From the NCBI GenBank assembly GCA_035506155.1, contig DATJPX010000160.1, positions 309 through 64,308 of the forward strand: a DNA stretch of 64,000 bases, given 5' to 3'. This DNA is from Anaerolineales bacterium (lineage in GTDB: Bacteria; Chloroflexota; Anaerolineae; Anaerolineales; Villigracilaceae). The translations under genes were made by a program, and so were the position numbers. Under the pieces are notes generated by a model. The model was given only the letters and a program-made list of their open reading frames with translations. It did not search any database and was not told the DNA's origin. Below are positions 18,824-28,154 of this stretch, in pieces. Numbering within the stretch: position 1 is the first letter of the stretch; the number at the start of each line of letters is the position of its first letter.

Positions 18824-20767
18824 TCACTTGTCCTGGAATAATCCCGCTTCGTCGAAGAAGGCCCAGCTTCCACCGGCGGAGGAAACCTTCAGCCCGACCG
18901 TGCACTGCCCGTTGGTCACGGAGATATTCGGGATGGCCGGGTTTTGCCAGGCCTGCCAGCCGGTGTCGACGATGTCGGCCGTCAGGGGATCCCCGCCGCA
19001 GTCGATGGCGAACACTTGCAGGGTCTTCTCGCCTCCCCCGCCCTGGATCCAGGCGCTGAAGGTGTACGTGCCGTTCGGCAAGCCGGTGACCGTCTGGGAA
19101 ACCGTGAACTCGAACGGGCCATCCTGCCAGTAATGCAGGTCGTAGGCGCCCTGGTGAATGTTGGCGGTTTCGTTGCTGATGTCGACGGCATTCGTGCTGC
19201 CGGCGACGACCCAGCCGGTCAGGTCGCCGCTTTCGAAGCCGGGATTATTGAGGTAGTTCTTCTGACCTCCCACGGTAATGGCAGCGCTTGCCTTCAAATC
19301 CGTCCCAGCAACCGCGCCGGCAACGGCGAAGCTTCCTTCGACGTTAAGCTTCGAGGGGTCGACTGCGTCCCACGTCACCACAACCTTGTTAATTGAATCA
19401 TCGCTGTAGAGGGCCGAGACGGTCGCCGGAAGCTTGAGAACGTCTCCCGGAGCCAGCTTGATCTCGACCGGATAGATTTCGGTGATGGTCGCTTGGAGGG
19501 AAGTCCGGCCAGCCTTCGGCCTGACGAGATTGAACACGTCGATGGACGGGAGCGCATTCCCTTTGAAATCGAACAGGGCCTGGTTATCCCAGGCATCCCC
19601 CTCCCCGGCCTTCCATCCGGCGCCTTCGACCGGGATCCAATCGGGCTCCCAATAGAATATCCCCAGGCCCAGGCCGTCCGGCACCTTGGCGACGGCTGCC
19701 ATGACGTCCCGCATCGCGGTGGCCTGGCCTTGCATCGTGGCCTTGTAACCGCCCGTAAATTGTTCGCTTTCGCCGAAGAGGTTCGCAAGCCCATCCCCGT
19801 TATCCAACGTATAGGCGTAAGCTGTTTCGGCAATGACGACGTCCTTGTGGTATCTCTGACTGACGTCATTCATATTATTCTTTAGCTGGTTCAACGACCC
19901 GTGCCAGTAGCTGTAGTAGGAAAGCCCGATGACGTCGAAATCCACATTGCGGGCGGTCAGCTCATCGAAAACCGTGCGGTAGAGTTTGTTATCCCCGCCA
20001 TTGGCCAAGTGGATCATGATCCTGACCCGCTTCTTCGGGTTGGCATTATTCGGATCGTTATCCCGGACGGCTTTCGCGGCCTGCTGCAGCAGGGCCGCCA
20101 GACCGTCGTAGCCGCCGATCTGGGCGGAGCCCTGTTTCGAGGTCGCGCCGGCCGGCCAGAGCATCCCGCCATTGATCTCGTTCCCGAGCTGGACCATGTC
20201 GGGCATCGCGCCGGCCTTGGCCAGTCTTCGGATCACATCCGCCGTATAGGCGTAAACAGCCTGGTCGAGTTCTTCAGGAGTGAGTCCCACCCAGGCCTTC
20301 GGCATGGTCTGGGTGGAGGGGTCGGCCCACCAATCGCTGTAATGGAAATCGATCAGCACCTTAAATCCGAGCGCCTTGGCCCGTTTCGCCAGGCCGATGG
20401 TCGTCGCCAGGTCGTTATTTCCCCCGCCCAGGCCCTGTCCGTTTGCATCCGTCGGGTCGTTCCAGATCCGCAGGCGGATCCAGTTGACGCCGTGATTTTT
20501 GAGGATCTTCAAGGCATCCTGCTGGACCCCATTGTCATAATATTTTCCGCCGTTCGCCTCGATCTGGTGGAGCATCGAGACGTCCGCGCCCATGATGAAA
20601 TCCGGGCTGAGGCCGTCGATGGGATTGACCTGGACGCCCGGGGCGGGCGGCGCGGACGGTTTTTTCGCCGAAAGGAGCAGCCCGGCCGCCAGGAGTACAA
20701 TCAGGGCGAGGATCGCGACCAGCCCGAACCGAACAGCCGGCAAGCCGTACCATTTTCTGTTCTTCAT
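18824..20767 (-). CDS. secreted or anchored arabinogalactan endo-beta-1,4-galactanase (GH53) with Ig-like and CBM4_9/CBM61-like C-terminal modules
   Basis: N-terminal TM/signal anchor. GH53 motifs GADVSMLHQIE, VNWIRLRIWNDP, DFHYSDWWADP, QLGNEI (acid/base), VIAETAY (nucleophile), FYWEPDWIP. C-terminal NNPGFESGDLTGW is CBM-like. Confidence 0.85.
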   Translation of the reverse strand: MKNRKWYGLPAVRFGLVAILALIVLLAAGLLLSAKKPSAPPAPGVQVNPIDGLSPDFIMGADVSMLHQIEANGGKYYDNGVQQDALKILKNHGVNWIRLRIWNDPTDANGQGLGGGNNDLATTIGLAKRAKALGFKVLIDFHYSDWWADPSTQTMPKAWVGLTPEELDQAVYAYTADVIRRLAKAGAMPDMVQLGNEINGGMLWPAGATSKQGSAQIGGYDGLAALLQQAAKAVRDNDPNNANPKKRVRIMIHLANGGDNKLYRTVFDELTARNVDFDVIGLSYYSYWHGSLNQLKNNMNDVSQRYHKDVVIAETAYAYTLDNGDGLANLFGESEQFTGGYKATMQGQATAMRDVMAAVAKVPDGLGLGIFYWEPDWIPVEGAGWKAGEGDAWDNQALFDFKGNALPSIDVFNLVRPKAGRTSLQATITEIYPVEIKLAPGDVLKLPATVSALYSDDSINKVVVTWDAVDPSKLNVEGSFAVAGAVAGTDLKASAAITVGGQKNYLNNPGFESGDLTGWVVAGSTNAVDISNETANIHQGAYDLHYWQDGPFEFTVSQTVTGLPNGTYTFSAWIQGGGGEKTLQVFAIDCGGDPLTADIVDTGWQAWQNPAIPNISVTNGQCTVGLKVSSAGGSWAFFDEAGLFQDK

Positions 20768-20890
20768 ATGCCTTCAGCCTTTCTCCCAAACCAGTTGGTT
20801 CATGGGATTGGGGAATCAAAAAGCGCCGATGATCGAATAAGTCCTTGAGGAGTCAGCTATCTGGGGGAAAATTCCAGCCGGCGGATTGGG

Positions 20891-21100
20891 CTAGAAGTCG
20901 GTAATGCGGGAGGTCCGGTCCTTGTACTTGTCGCGGAACTCGGCGTTCAGGCGCAGGACCTCCTGCTCGTCGCCGACGAACGAACAACGCAGGCAGTAAT
21001 ATTCGTCCTTGTCGCGGTCATAGAGCATATCCATATCGATCTCGCGCATCAGGCAGCGCGGGCAGCGGTAATTCAGGCGGCCTTTTCGACCTTGAGCCAT
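20891..21100 (-). CDS. 69-aa four-Cys zinc-ribbon protein, translationally coupled to the upstream 610-aa gene
   Basis: MAQGRKGRLNYRCPRCLMREIDMDMLYDRDKDEYYCLRCSFVGDE... The ATG at 21098-21100 is preceded by AAGGAG (rc of 21110-21115) and overlaps the upstream gene's 3' end by 28 nt. The 234-aa track ORF was trimmed because its upstream part is Arg/Pro/Gly junk. Confidence 0.6.
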   Translation of the reverse strand: MAQGRKGRLNYRCPRCLMREIDMDMLYDRDKDEYYCLRCSFVGDEQEVLRLNAEFRDKYKDRTSRITDF

Positions 21101-22905
21101 GTGTGCAACTCTCCTTTGCCGCGAATGGTCTTCTTGATGCCGATGGTGTACATGGGCGAAAAGGCGAACCCCTCCCGGAAGTATCCGGCCGCCCGGCCGG
21201 AATCCGCCCGCATCGCCAGGCGGGTCTCCACCTGGGGGACGAGCGCTTCGACCCGGCGGACGTCCTCCACCTGGTCCTCCCGGCACTGGTAGGCGTACTC
21301 GATCGACTTCGTATCCGCCGCGCCTTCCAGGGTAAGGCGGACGCCGGTCAGGTCCTCGGGGTATTCGGTCGTGCCGTAGCAGCCGGTCAGGTACTCGTCG
21401 ATCGACACTTCCGCCTTCGGGTCGGTCGTCCCGACGATCCGGCGGACGATCTCGATCTCGCCGCTGCCTTCCCGGATGCGGAAGATCGACTGGACCCGGA
21501 TGGTCGTGCCGTCGAACTCGATCTCGACCGGATCGACCGTCACGATGCGCACATCCCCCTCCTCGGACCAGGAGGCATGCGAGCGGCAGGCGCACAGGTC
21601 CACTTCCTCGCCTTTGTAGCCGAATTTGCAGCTCTTGACGGCTCCCTCCCCAGCGTAATGGGTGAAATACCCGGCCCTATAGAGGGACTGGACCAGGAAG
21701 GGATAGGAGGCATCCTGTAAATTCTTCGTGCCCACGCCCACCGGCCGTTCCAGCTTGGCGGCGTACGGGCGCAGGTCGATCATGGCGCCGCCCTGGTTCA
21801 TGTCCAGGCAGAAGCGCATCCAGGGATCGGCGTACCAGAAATGCTGACGCTTCGAGCCGTACAGAATGTCCTTCCAGAGGAAGCATTCAGGCCTGGCATA
21901 TGGACGGCCGGCGCGGTAGATGTCGGCGAATTCACTCATGGTGACGTCCTTCGCCTTGCCTTCCTTCTTCAGGGTCCCGTAGTATTCCATGCCGGCCTGG
22001 TAGCTGTGCAGCAGGGTTTCGTAATCCGCTTCCCAGCGGCCGTTCTTGCTCATCCAGCCCGGGCCGACGTACATCATGTTATAGGAGTAACCCCGGTTGT
22101 ATTTTGCCATCGCCCGGTATTGGTCGACCAGGTTGTAGAAATAGGGGATCTCGTGATCTTCGTAGACCATGCCGCGCAGGATGTTCTGCGGGTGGGTGCC
22201 ATAATACGAACCTGGACCGTCGAAGACGGCCATCAAGTCTCGGGAAATATGCGGAATGGCCACGATGCCGATATCGTCCGCCTCGTCCGAGGCCGGGCAG
22301 TGGATGTTCCGCTTGGATGGGATCCAGGGGTTCCAGGGTCCGCCGTCGAAAATGGTGTACCAGGAATTGTTGGCGTTCCAGTAAGCCTTGGGTCCCTCCT
22401 CCCAGCAGGTCGCCACGGCGGCTTTGACCATGGGATATTTTTCTTTTATGTAGCCAACCAACTCGGCATCCATGTAATACGAGCCCGTGGAAGCCGGGTA
22501 AAAGCCGAAGACCTCCTTGAACTTCCCGAAGACCGCGTCGACGATCCTGCGCTTGTCCTCCATCGAGAACAACCAAATCGCCAGCTCGCGCGACTTGAAC
22601 TGCTGGCGGAATTCCTGGCATTGCAAGCCAAGGAAGGTCGAGCTGATCTCATCCTGGTAGCGCTCGTGATCTTCCCTGGCGATCGAAACCGCCTCGGCGT
22701 TGAACAGGCTGGCATACGTCATCTGGATCGTGGTCCGCAGGCCATTGGCGTGGGCAATCCGCTGTTGGGTGCGGAAGATATCGAGGGACTCCTGCAGGAC
22801 CCGCCTGCGGGTGAGGTCTTCCTTTTTCCCGTGCTCGGCTTCCTTCTGGATGTATTCCGGCACCATTTCCGGACGGTGGATGATGTTCAGATAGAATGCT
22901 TCCAT
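21073..22905 (-). CDS. uncharacterised 610-aa cytoplasmic protein inside the galactan locus (no family recognised)
   Basis: Long ORF with protein-like composition (many Tyr/Trp/Glu, no low complexity) on the same strand as the sugar ABC operon. No signal peptide, no TM, and no nucleotide-binding or GH signature that I can name. Confidence 0.7.
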   Translation of the reverse strand: MEAFYLNIIHRPEMVPEYIQKEAEHGKKEDLTRRRVLQESLDIFRTQQRIAHANGLRTTIQMTYASLFNAEAVSIAREDHERYQDEISSTFLGLQCQEFRQQFKSRELAIWLFSMEDKRRIVDAVFGKFKEVFGFYPASTGSYYMDAELVGYIKEKYPMVKAAVATCWEEGPKAYWNANNSWYTIFDGGPWNPWIPSKRNIHCPASDEADDIGIVAIPHISRDLMAVFDGPGSYYGTHPQNILRGMVYEDHEIPYFYNLVDQYRAMAKYNRGYSYNMMYVGPGWMSKNGRWEADYETLLHSYQAGMEYYGTLKKEGKAKDVTMSEFADIYRAGRPYARPECFLWKDILYGSKRQHFWYADPWMRFCLDMNQGGAMIDLRPYAAKLERPVGVGTKNLQDASYPFLVQSLYRAGYFTHYAGEGAVKSCKFGYKGEEVDLCACRSHASWSEEGDVRIVTVDPVEIEFDGTTIRVQSIFRIREGSGEIEIVRRIVGTTDPKAEVSIDEYLTGCYGTTEYPEDLTGVRLTLEGAADTKSIEYAYQCREDQVEDVRRVEALVPQVETRLAMRADSGRAAGYFREGFAFSPMYTIGIKKTIRGKGELHTWLKVEKAA

Positions 22906-22956
22906 GGCGATTTTCTGGGGTGAAAGTCGGGTATCGGTAATATGTATTGGCCAGGA

Positions 22957-23316
22957 TTATTTCTTGGGAGGTCGGGCCGCCAAGGCAGAATGGAATCCGT
23001 CGTACGTCAGCGGATGGATCAAACAATCATCCGCCCCGAGCTCCCGGCCGCGGGCCTCTTCGCCGATCGAGGTGCAGACCAGCACGGGGATGTCGCTGCC
23101 AGTCAACCCCGCCACCAACGTCTGGGAAGCCTCCAGGCTTTCCACCGAAGTGAAAATCAGCGCGGCGGGCTTGAGGGCGTTGACCTCGCCGGCCTGCGGG
23201 ATGCCTGCCAGGCTGGCAAGCTCGTACCCGCTGCGGGCGGCGTAGCGTCCGATCAGGTAGGCCAGGGCCGGGTCGTTGCCGACCATCAGGATCTTCAACT
23301 GGGCGGATGATTTCAA
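22957..23316 (-). CDS. stand-alone receiver-like protein lacking the phospho-acceptor Asp (pseudo-receiver)
   Basis: 119 aa. TTG start with GAGGAGG 7 nt upstream. REC-like beta-alpha pattern KILMVGND / AALIFTS / PVLVCTS / DDCLIHPL, with Asp57-equivalent and Lys109-equivalent positions substituted. Confidence 0.6.
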   Translation of the reverse strand: MKSSAQLKILMVGNDPALAYLIGRYAARSGYELASLAGIPQAGEVNALKPAALIFTSVESLEASQTLVAGLTGSDIPVLVCTSIGEEARGRELGADDCLIHPLTYDGFHSALAARPPKK

Positions 23317-23331
23317 GAAGAGCCTCCTCGC

Positions 23332-24222
23332 TCAGCCCCGGATGCTTCCCAGGCTGAGGCCTGCCTGCCAGTATCGCTGCAGGAACAGGAATACGATCAT
23401 GAGCGGCAGGATCGCCACCACCGAACCCGTGATGACCAGGATATACAGGACCTGGGCATTCCCCGGCAGGGAGGCCAGTCCGTTCCAGTAGGCCAGGCCC
23501 ACCGTGACCGGATACAGGTTCATCTTGCTCAAGACGAGCAGGGGCAGGAAATAGTTGTTCCAGGCCCCGACGAAGGCGAACAGGAAGACGGTCACGAAAC
23601 CGGGCGCGATCAGCCGGAAGACGATGGTGGCGAAGATGCGCAGCTCGCCTGCGCCGTCCACCCGGGCAGCGTCGATCAGGTCCTGGGAGACGGCCTGCTC
23701 AGTGTAGATGCGCATCAGGTAGACGCCAAACGGGTTGACCAGCGCTGGCAGGATGACGGCCAGGAGCGAGTTCGACAGGCCAGTCTTGCTTTCCAGCAGG
23801 TAGAGCGGGACGGCGAAGGCCGTCCCGGGGACGAAGACGGAGGCCAGTACGATCCCGAACAGCAGGTTACGGCCTTTGAAGTGGTACTGGGCGAAGGCAT
23901 ATCCCGCCAGGGCGGATATGATCGAGGAGCCCAGGGCCGCATTGATGGCATAGACGGCCGTATTGCGCATCCACAGGCCGAAGGCGCCGCCGTCGCGGGC
24001 AAACAAGTCCTTCAGGTTCTGGATGACGTTGATGTGTTTATCGAACCACAGTCCAAAGGAGGCGAACAACCCGGCGTTCGTCTTGGTGCTGGCGATGAAC
24101 AGCCAGATCAGCGGGATCAGGAAATAGGCCAGGAACACGCCCATCAGGGTGTACCCGAACACACTGCCGGGGCGCCGGATCGGCCGGGCTTTTCGGACCG
24201 GGGCGAGGGTTTGAGCGGTCAT
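23332..24222 (-). CDS. carbohydrate ABC transporter permease (MalG/GanQ-like)
   Basis: 296 aa, 6 TM. EAA-loop-like AARVDGAGELRIFATIVFRLIAPG. Confidence 0.9.
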   Translation of the reverse strand: MTAQTLAPVRKARPIRRPGSVFGYTLMGVFLAYFLIPLIWLFIASTKTNAGLFASFGLWFDKHINVIQNLKDLFARDGGAFGLWMRNTAVYAINAALGSSIISALAGYAFAQYHFKGRNLLFGIVLASVFVPGTAFAVPLYLLESKTGLSNSLLAVILPALVNPFGVYLMRIYTEQAVSQDLIDAARVDGAGELRIFATIVFRLIAPGFVTVFLFAFVGAWNNYFLPLLVLSKMNLYPVTVGLAYWNGLASLPGNAQVLYILVITGSVVAILPLMIVFLFLQRYWQAGLSLGSIRG

Positions 24223-25163
24223 TGGTTAGCCTCCCGGCGGAAGATGACGAACAGGACCAGCGAGGAGACGACGGCCGTGACGAGGGCCAGAGTAAAGGAA
24301 ATCGCTGCCGAATAGTCGAACTGTTTGTTGGCGAATGCCAGCTGGTAGACGTACAGGTTGGGGGTGAAATGGCTGTTCATCGCCGTCGGGGCGACCGCGT
24401 TCAACACGTTCGGCTCGTTGAACAGTTGGAGCGTGCCGATGATCGAGAAGATGAAAGTCAGGAGGATTGCCGGCATGACCAGCGGGATGCGGATGTTCCA
24501 GGCGATCTGCCATTCGTTGGCGCCGTCCACCTTGGCGGCCTCGTAGAGCTCGGTCGGGATCGCCTTCATGGCCGCATATATGATCAGCATGTTGTAGCCG
24601 GTATACTGCCAGACCGAAATGTTGGCGATGGAGGGAATGATGCCCTTGGATGTCAGGAAGATGGGCGGCTGCAAATGAAGCAGGTTCGCCAGCTGGGCGA
24701 TCGGCCCGAAGCTCTGCCCGTAGAAATATCCCCAGATCAAAGCCGCCACCACGTTGGGGACGGCGAAGGGCAGGAAATAGCCCAGACGGAAAATCGTCAC
24801 CCGCCGGATGACGCCGCTATCGATCAACGTCGCGAAGAGCAGCGCCAGCCCGAGCATGATCGGGATCTGCATGGCGCCGAAAACCAGGACGTTGCGGACC
24901 CCCTCCCAGAAGTTCGTATCCTGGAAAGCCTTGATGTAATTGGAAAGCCCGACGAAGGTGATCCCGCCGATCAGTTTCTTCCGGTACAGGCTCAGGTTGA
25001 AAGCATAGATCAATGGATAGACCAGGAATACCAGGAAGCCCGCTAGGAATGGGGACAGGAAGAGGTAAGGCGTGGCCTTCCGGCCCAGGCGACTCCAGAA
25101 GTAGTGTTCCCGGGGGGGCCGGTTTTTGGACGCTCTCGGTACAGCCATTCCGGTTATGGACAT
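24219..25163 (-). CDS. carbohydrate ABC transporter permease (MalF/GanP-like)
   Basis: 314 aa. EAAKVDGANEWQIAWNIRIPLVMP. AAGGAG upstream. 4-nt overlap with the downstream permease gene. Confidence 0.9.
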   Translation of the reverse strand: MSITGMAVPRASKNRPPREHYFWSRLGRKATPYLFLSPFLAGFLVFLVYPLIYAFNLSLYRKKLIGGITFVGLSNYIKAFQDTNFWEGVRNVLVFGAMQIPIMLGLALLFATLIDSGVIRRVTIFRLGYFLPFAVPNVVAALIWGYFYGQSFGPIAQLANLLHLQPPIFLTSKGIIPSIANISVWQYTGYNMLIIYAAMKAIPTELYEAAKVDGANEWQIAWNIRIPLVMPAILLTFIFSIIGTLQLFNEPNVLNAVAPTAMNSHFTPNLYVYQLAFANKQFDYSAAISFTLALVTAVVSSLVLFVIFRREANQ

Positions 25164-25350
25164 ACTCTCTCCTTACTGAAGGTTTCGGTCAAACATCCAA
25201 GGATTCGATCGCCTGCCGCCAAGGCACCAGGGCACGAAAAAAAATCGGAACTCGCTTTTCGGGGCGTCTTCGCGCCTTCGTGTCTTTGGGGTAGGAATCT
25301 CTTCGTCGATATGCTTTCCATGAATGACTGCGCCGATTCTTTTTGGATGA

Positions 25351-25388
25351 GAGTACCGGGGCAACTTTTACCTGCTGCCCCGGTACTC
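25351..25388 (-). other. intercistronic hairpin between the SBP and permease genes (13-bp perfect stem)
   Basis: gagtaccggggca (25351-25363) / tgccccggtactc (25376-25388). A second 8-bp hairpin lies at 25403-25445. No U-run follows, so this looks like an mRNA-stabilising or partial-attenuation element rather than a full terminator. Confidence 0.5.
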
Positions 25389-25473
25389 TATTCCTCGTTC
25401 GTCGTGCGGTCCAAGGATCGAGTCCGTTCTTGCACTCACCGCACGGGCATTGAACCGGGAAGCGGAAATCCGC

Positions 25474-26826
25474 CTATGGGGTGGTGACCGTGAATCCCTG
25501 GTCCTTGGCGTACTGGACGACCGTGGTCTGCATCTGGGTCATGGCATCTTCGAAGCTCAGGCTGCCGGCCCGCACTTTGACCAGAAGGTCGCCGTAGGTG
25601 GTGTAGACGTAGCTGGTGAAGGGGCTCCAGCCGAAATTCACGTTGACGTTCTGGGCGGCTTCGGCCATGACCTGGTGGATCGCCTGTCCGCTCCAGTAGG
25701 CATCGGTGACGTTCAGCCAGTCAGGATTCGCCAGGGTTCCCGTCGTGACCGGGAAGAGGGCCGCCTTGGCGGCATTGGTCACTTCCAGGGTGGGCTTCGG
25801 ATCGGTGGTCAGCCACTGGGCAAATTTGGCGGCTTCGGCAGGATGAGCGGAGGCCTTGGCGACGGCGATCGTGGAGCCGCCGTAGTTGCCATTGGCCTTG
25901 CCGCCGGCAGTCCACTGGGGCAGTTGGTAGATCGACCATTTGCCGCTGAAATCGGGGCCATAGCTGGAGATGTAGGTGCCCCAGGCGCCGGCCTGCCAGC
26001 AGGCGATGGTGCCGTTGCCGATGGCGGTGTTCCAGTCGTTGGTGTAGGTGTCGATCGGGCTCAAGACGCCGGCTTTCATCATATCACCCCACAGCTTGGC
26101 GACTCGGATCGCCTCGGGCGAGGTGAAGTTGATGGTGATGTTCTGGCCGTTCACGATGAAGGGCTGCGCGCCGGACTGCCAGAGCATGCCGAAGAACCAG
26201 CCCTGGTCGGAGGTGAAGTTCGACAGGTAGACTTTCGGGTCGGCCTTGTGCAGGGCGGCGGCCGAAGCGGCGAACTCATCCCAGGTGGTGGGGACGGCGA
26301 TGTTGTATTTCTGCAGGACGGAGTCGTTGCAGAACATGACCATCGGGCCGGCATCCTGCGGGTAGGCGTAGACGCCGGTTCCCTGAGAGACCTGCGACCA
26401 GGTCCAGGGGATGAACTGGCTCTTGACGTCATTGGCGCCGTACTGGCTCAGGTCCGCAAGGGCGCCCTGGGCGATGTAGCTGGGCAGGTGCTGGTACTCG
26501 ATCTGGACGACATCCGGGATGTCGGCGTTGGCCTGCAGGGCAGTGTTGAGCTTGGTGTACTCGCCATTGCCGCTCCCGGCGTTCAGGTAGTTGACCTGGA
26601 TCTCGGGATGGAGGGCATTCCACTCATCGACCTGGTCCTTGATGTTGGGCACCCACGACCAGAAGGTGATCGTCACCGGTGCAGGGGCTGAAGTCGCCGT
26701 GGCCGGAGCGGCGGTCGCCGGGGCAACCGTCGCGGGCGCGGTCGTCGGAGCTGCCGTCGTCGCCGGTGCGCAGGCGGCCAGCAGCAGGACGGCTGTCAGC
26801 GTCAGAAAAACAATGGTTTTCTTCAT
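25474..26826 (-). CDS. sugar ABC transporter substrate-binding lipoprotein
   Basis: Trimmed to the ATG at 26826 (AGGAG upstream). MKKTIVFLTLTAVLLLAAC lipobox, Ala/Thr/Pro linker, then a family-1 SBP body. Confidence 0.85.
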   Translation of the reverse strand: MKKTIVFLTLTAVLLLAACAPATTAAPTTAPATVAPATAAPATATSAPAPVTITFWSWVPNIKDQVDEWNALHPEIQVNYLNAGSGNGEYTKLNTALQANADIPDVVQIEYQHLPSYIAQGALADLSQYGANDVKSQFIPWTWSQVSQGTGVYAYPQDAGPMVMFCNDSVLQKYNIAVPTTWDEFAASAAALHKADPKVYLSNFTSDQGWFFGMLWQSGAQPFIVNGQNITINFTSPEAIRVAKLWGDMMKAGVLSPIDTYTNDWNTAIGNGTIACWQAGAWGTYISSYGPDFSGKWSIYQLPQWTAGGKANGNYGGSTIAVAKASAHPAEAAKFAQWLTTDPKPTLEVTNAAKAALFPVTTGTLANPDWLNVTDAYWSGQAIHQVMAEAAQNVNVNFGWSPFTSYVYTTYGDLLVKVRAGSLSFEDAMTQMQTTVVQYAKDQGFTVTTP

Positions 26827-27063
26827 TTCTTCTCCTTTTGAGTTAAAAACGGATGGTATCCTGAAAAATGGATCCAAGGTGTCAGTTCCATTGTAAGGAG
26901 TGGGCCATCTTGAGTCTTGACGGGGAGCGGGATGTTTTTGCCGATTTCCGGGATTAAATCCGGCGGATTTCTCCCGCTTTTTGACAATAATTCCCCGGGC
27001 ACCTGCTATAGAATTGGAACGAAGCGCAATCCCCTCTTCTATTTCAAAAACCCGGAAGAAAAA

Positions 27064-28116
27064 ATGGACAATCCTTCCTCGCAAACTTCATCCGCCCATT
27101 CCCTGCCCATCCTCGGCGCAGACCTTTCCTCCCTGCCGCGCTCCCTCGACTTGGGAGCCAGGTACTTCGACGAGGCAGGCGCCCCGGCAGATCCGCTGCA
27201 ACTCCTGAAGGATTGGGGCGTCAATTACGTCCGCCTGCGGGTCTGGGTCGATCCCGCCAACGGGGTCAACGACAAGTCGCAGACGATCCGCTTCGCCGAG
27301 ACCGTCAAGGCTCGCGGCATGCGACTGTTGATAGATTTCCACTATTCCGACACCTGGGCCGACCCCGAACACCAGGTCAAGCCGGCGGCCTGGGCCGGGC
27401 ACGATTTCACCCGGCTGCAGAAGGACGTCTACGACCATACGCGGGATGTCTGCTCGAGCCTGGCATCGGCTGGCCTGGCTCCCGACATGGTCCAGATCGG
27501 GAACGAGATCAACCCCGGAATGCTCCTGCCCGACGGGAGCGCCCGGGATTGGGAAAAGCTGTCTGCCCTGCTTAAACAGGGCTACGAGGCAGCCAAAGCC
27601 TGCTCGAGTTCGATCCAGGTGATGCTCCATGTGGCCAACGCCGGCGATTTGGCCGGCACGCGCGCCTGGTACGACGGGGCTACTTCGAAGGGCGTCCTGT
27701 GGGACGTGATGGGATTGTCGTACTATTCCTACTGGCACGGGACCCTGGCTGCAATGCGGGAGACGGTGGCCGATGCGAGGGCGCGCTACCGGCGGCCGGT
27801 CGTGATCGTCGAAACGGCCTATCCCTTCACCCTCTCCGAAAATGACGGCGAAAAGAATTCCATCCACAGCGCCGAACAGCTGTCGCCGAATTTTCCGGCT
27901 ACGCCCGAAGGCCAGGCCGCGAATCTGCAGGCGGTGATCGAGTCCGCCCGCGCCGGCGGGGCGATCGGCGTATTCTATTGGGAACCGACTTGGACGGCGG
28001 TCAAGGGGAACGGCTGGGATCCAACGAACCCGGATTCGGGCGACCAGTGGGAGAACCAGGCCCTGTTCGGTTTCGACGGCAGGGCGCTGCCGGCGATCAG
28101 GAAACTGATCTCCTGA
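27064..28116 (+). CDS. GH53 endo-beta-1,4-galactanase homologue without a signal peptide (predicted cytoplasmic)
   Basis: Trimmed to the ATG at 27064 (MDNPSSQTSS...). VNYVRLRVWVDP, DFHYSDTWADP, QIGNEI, VIVETAYP, FYWEPTW. Confidence 0.8.
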   Translation: MDNPSSQTSSAHSLPILGADLSSLPRSLDLGARYFDEAGAPADPLQLLKDWGVNYVRLRVWVDPANGVNDKSQTIRFAETVKARGMRLLIDFHYSDTWADPEHQVKPAAWAGHDFTRLQKDVYDHTRDVCSSLASAGLAPDMVQIGNEINPGMLLPDGSARDWEKLSALLKQGYEAAKACSSSIQVMLHVANAGDLAGTRAWYDGATSKGVLWDVMGLSYYSYWHGTLAAMRETVADARARYRRPVVIVETAYPFTLSENDGEKNSIHSAEQLSPNFPATPEGQAANLQAVIESARAGGAIGVFYWEPTWTAVKGNGWDPTNPDSGDQWENQALFGFDGRALPAIRKLIS

Positions 28117-28154
28117 CACCTGCTCATCCCAGGGATCATCAGCAGGAGGAAACC

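Noticed and set aside
21101-21595. Upstream 165 codons of the 234-aa track ORF 20891-21595
   Set aside because: That part is Arg/Pro/Gly/Asp junk lying inside the 610-aa gene in another frame. Only the last 69 codons (Zn ribbon, own AAGGAG) look genuine.
26690-26790. Repetitive GC-rich DNA that looks like a tandem repeat
   Set aside because: It encodes the Ala/Thr/Pro linker (ATTAAPTTAPATVAPATAAPATATSAPAP) of the SBP lipoprotein. It is compositional and not a repeat element.
26827-27084. N-terminal extensions of the SBP ORF (to 27084), the GH53 ORF (from 26917) and the GH2 ORF (from 27978)
   Set aside because: The extensions lack protein-like sequence and overlap neighbouring genes or the divergent promoter. 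Internal starts with strong SDs give proper lipoprotein or mature N-termini.
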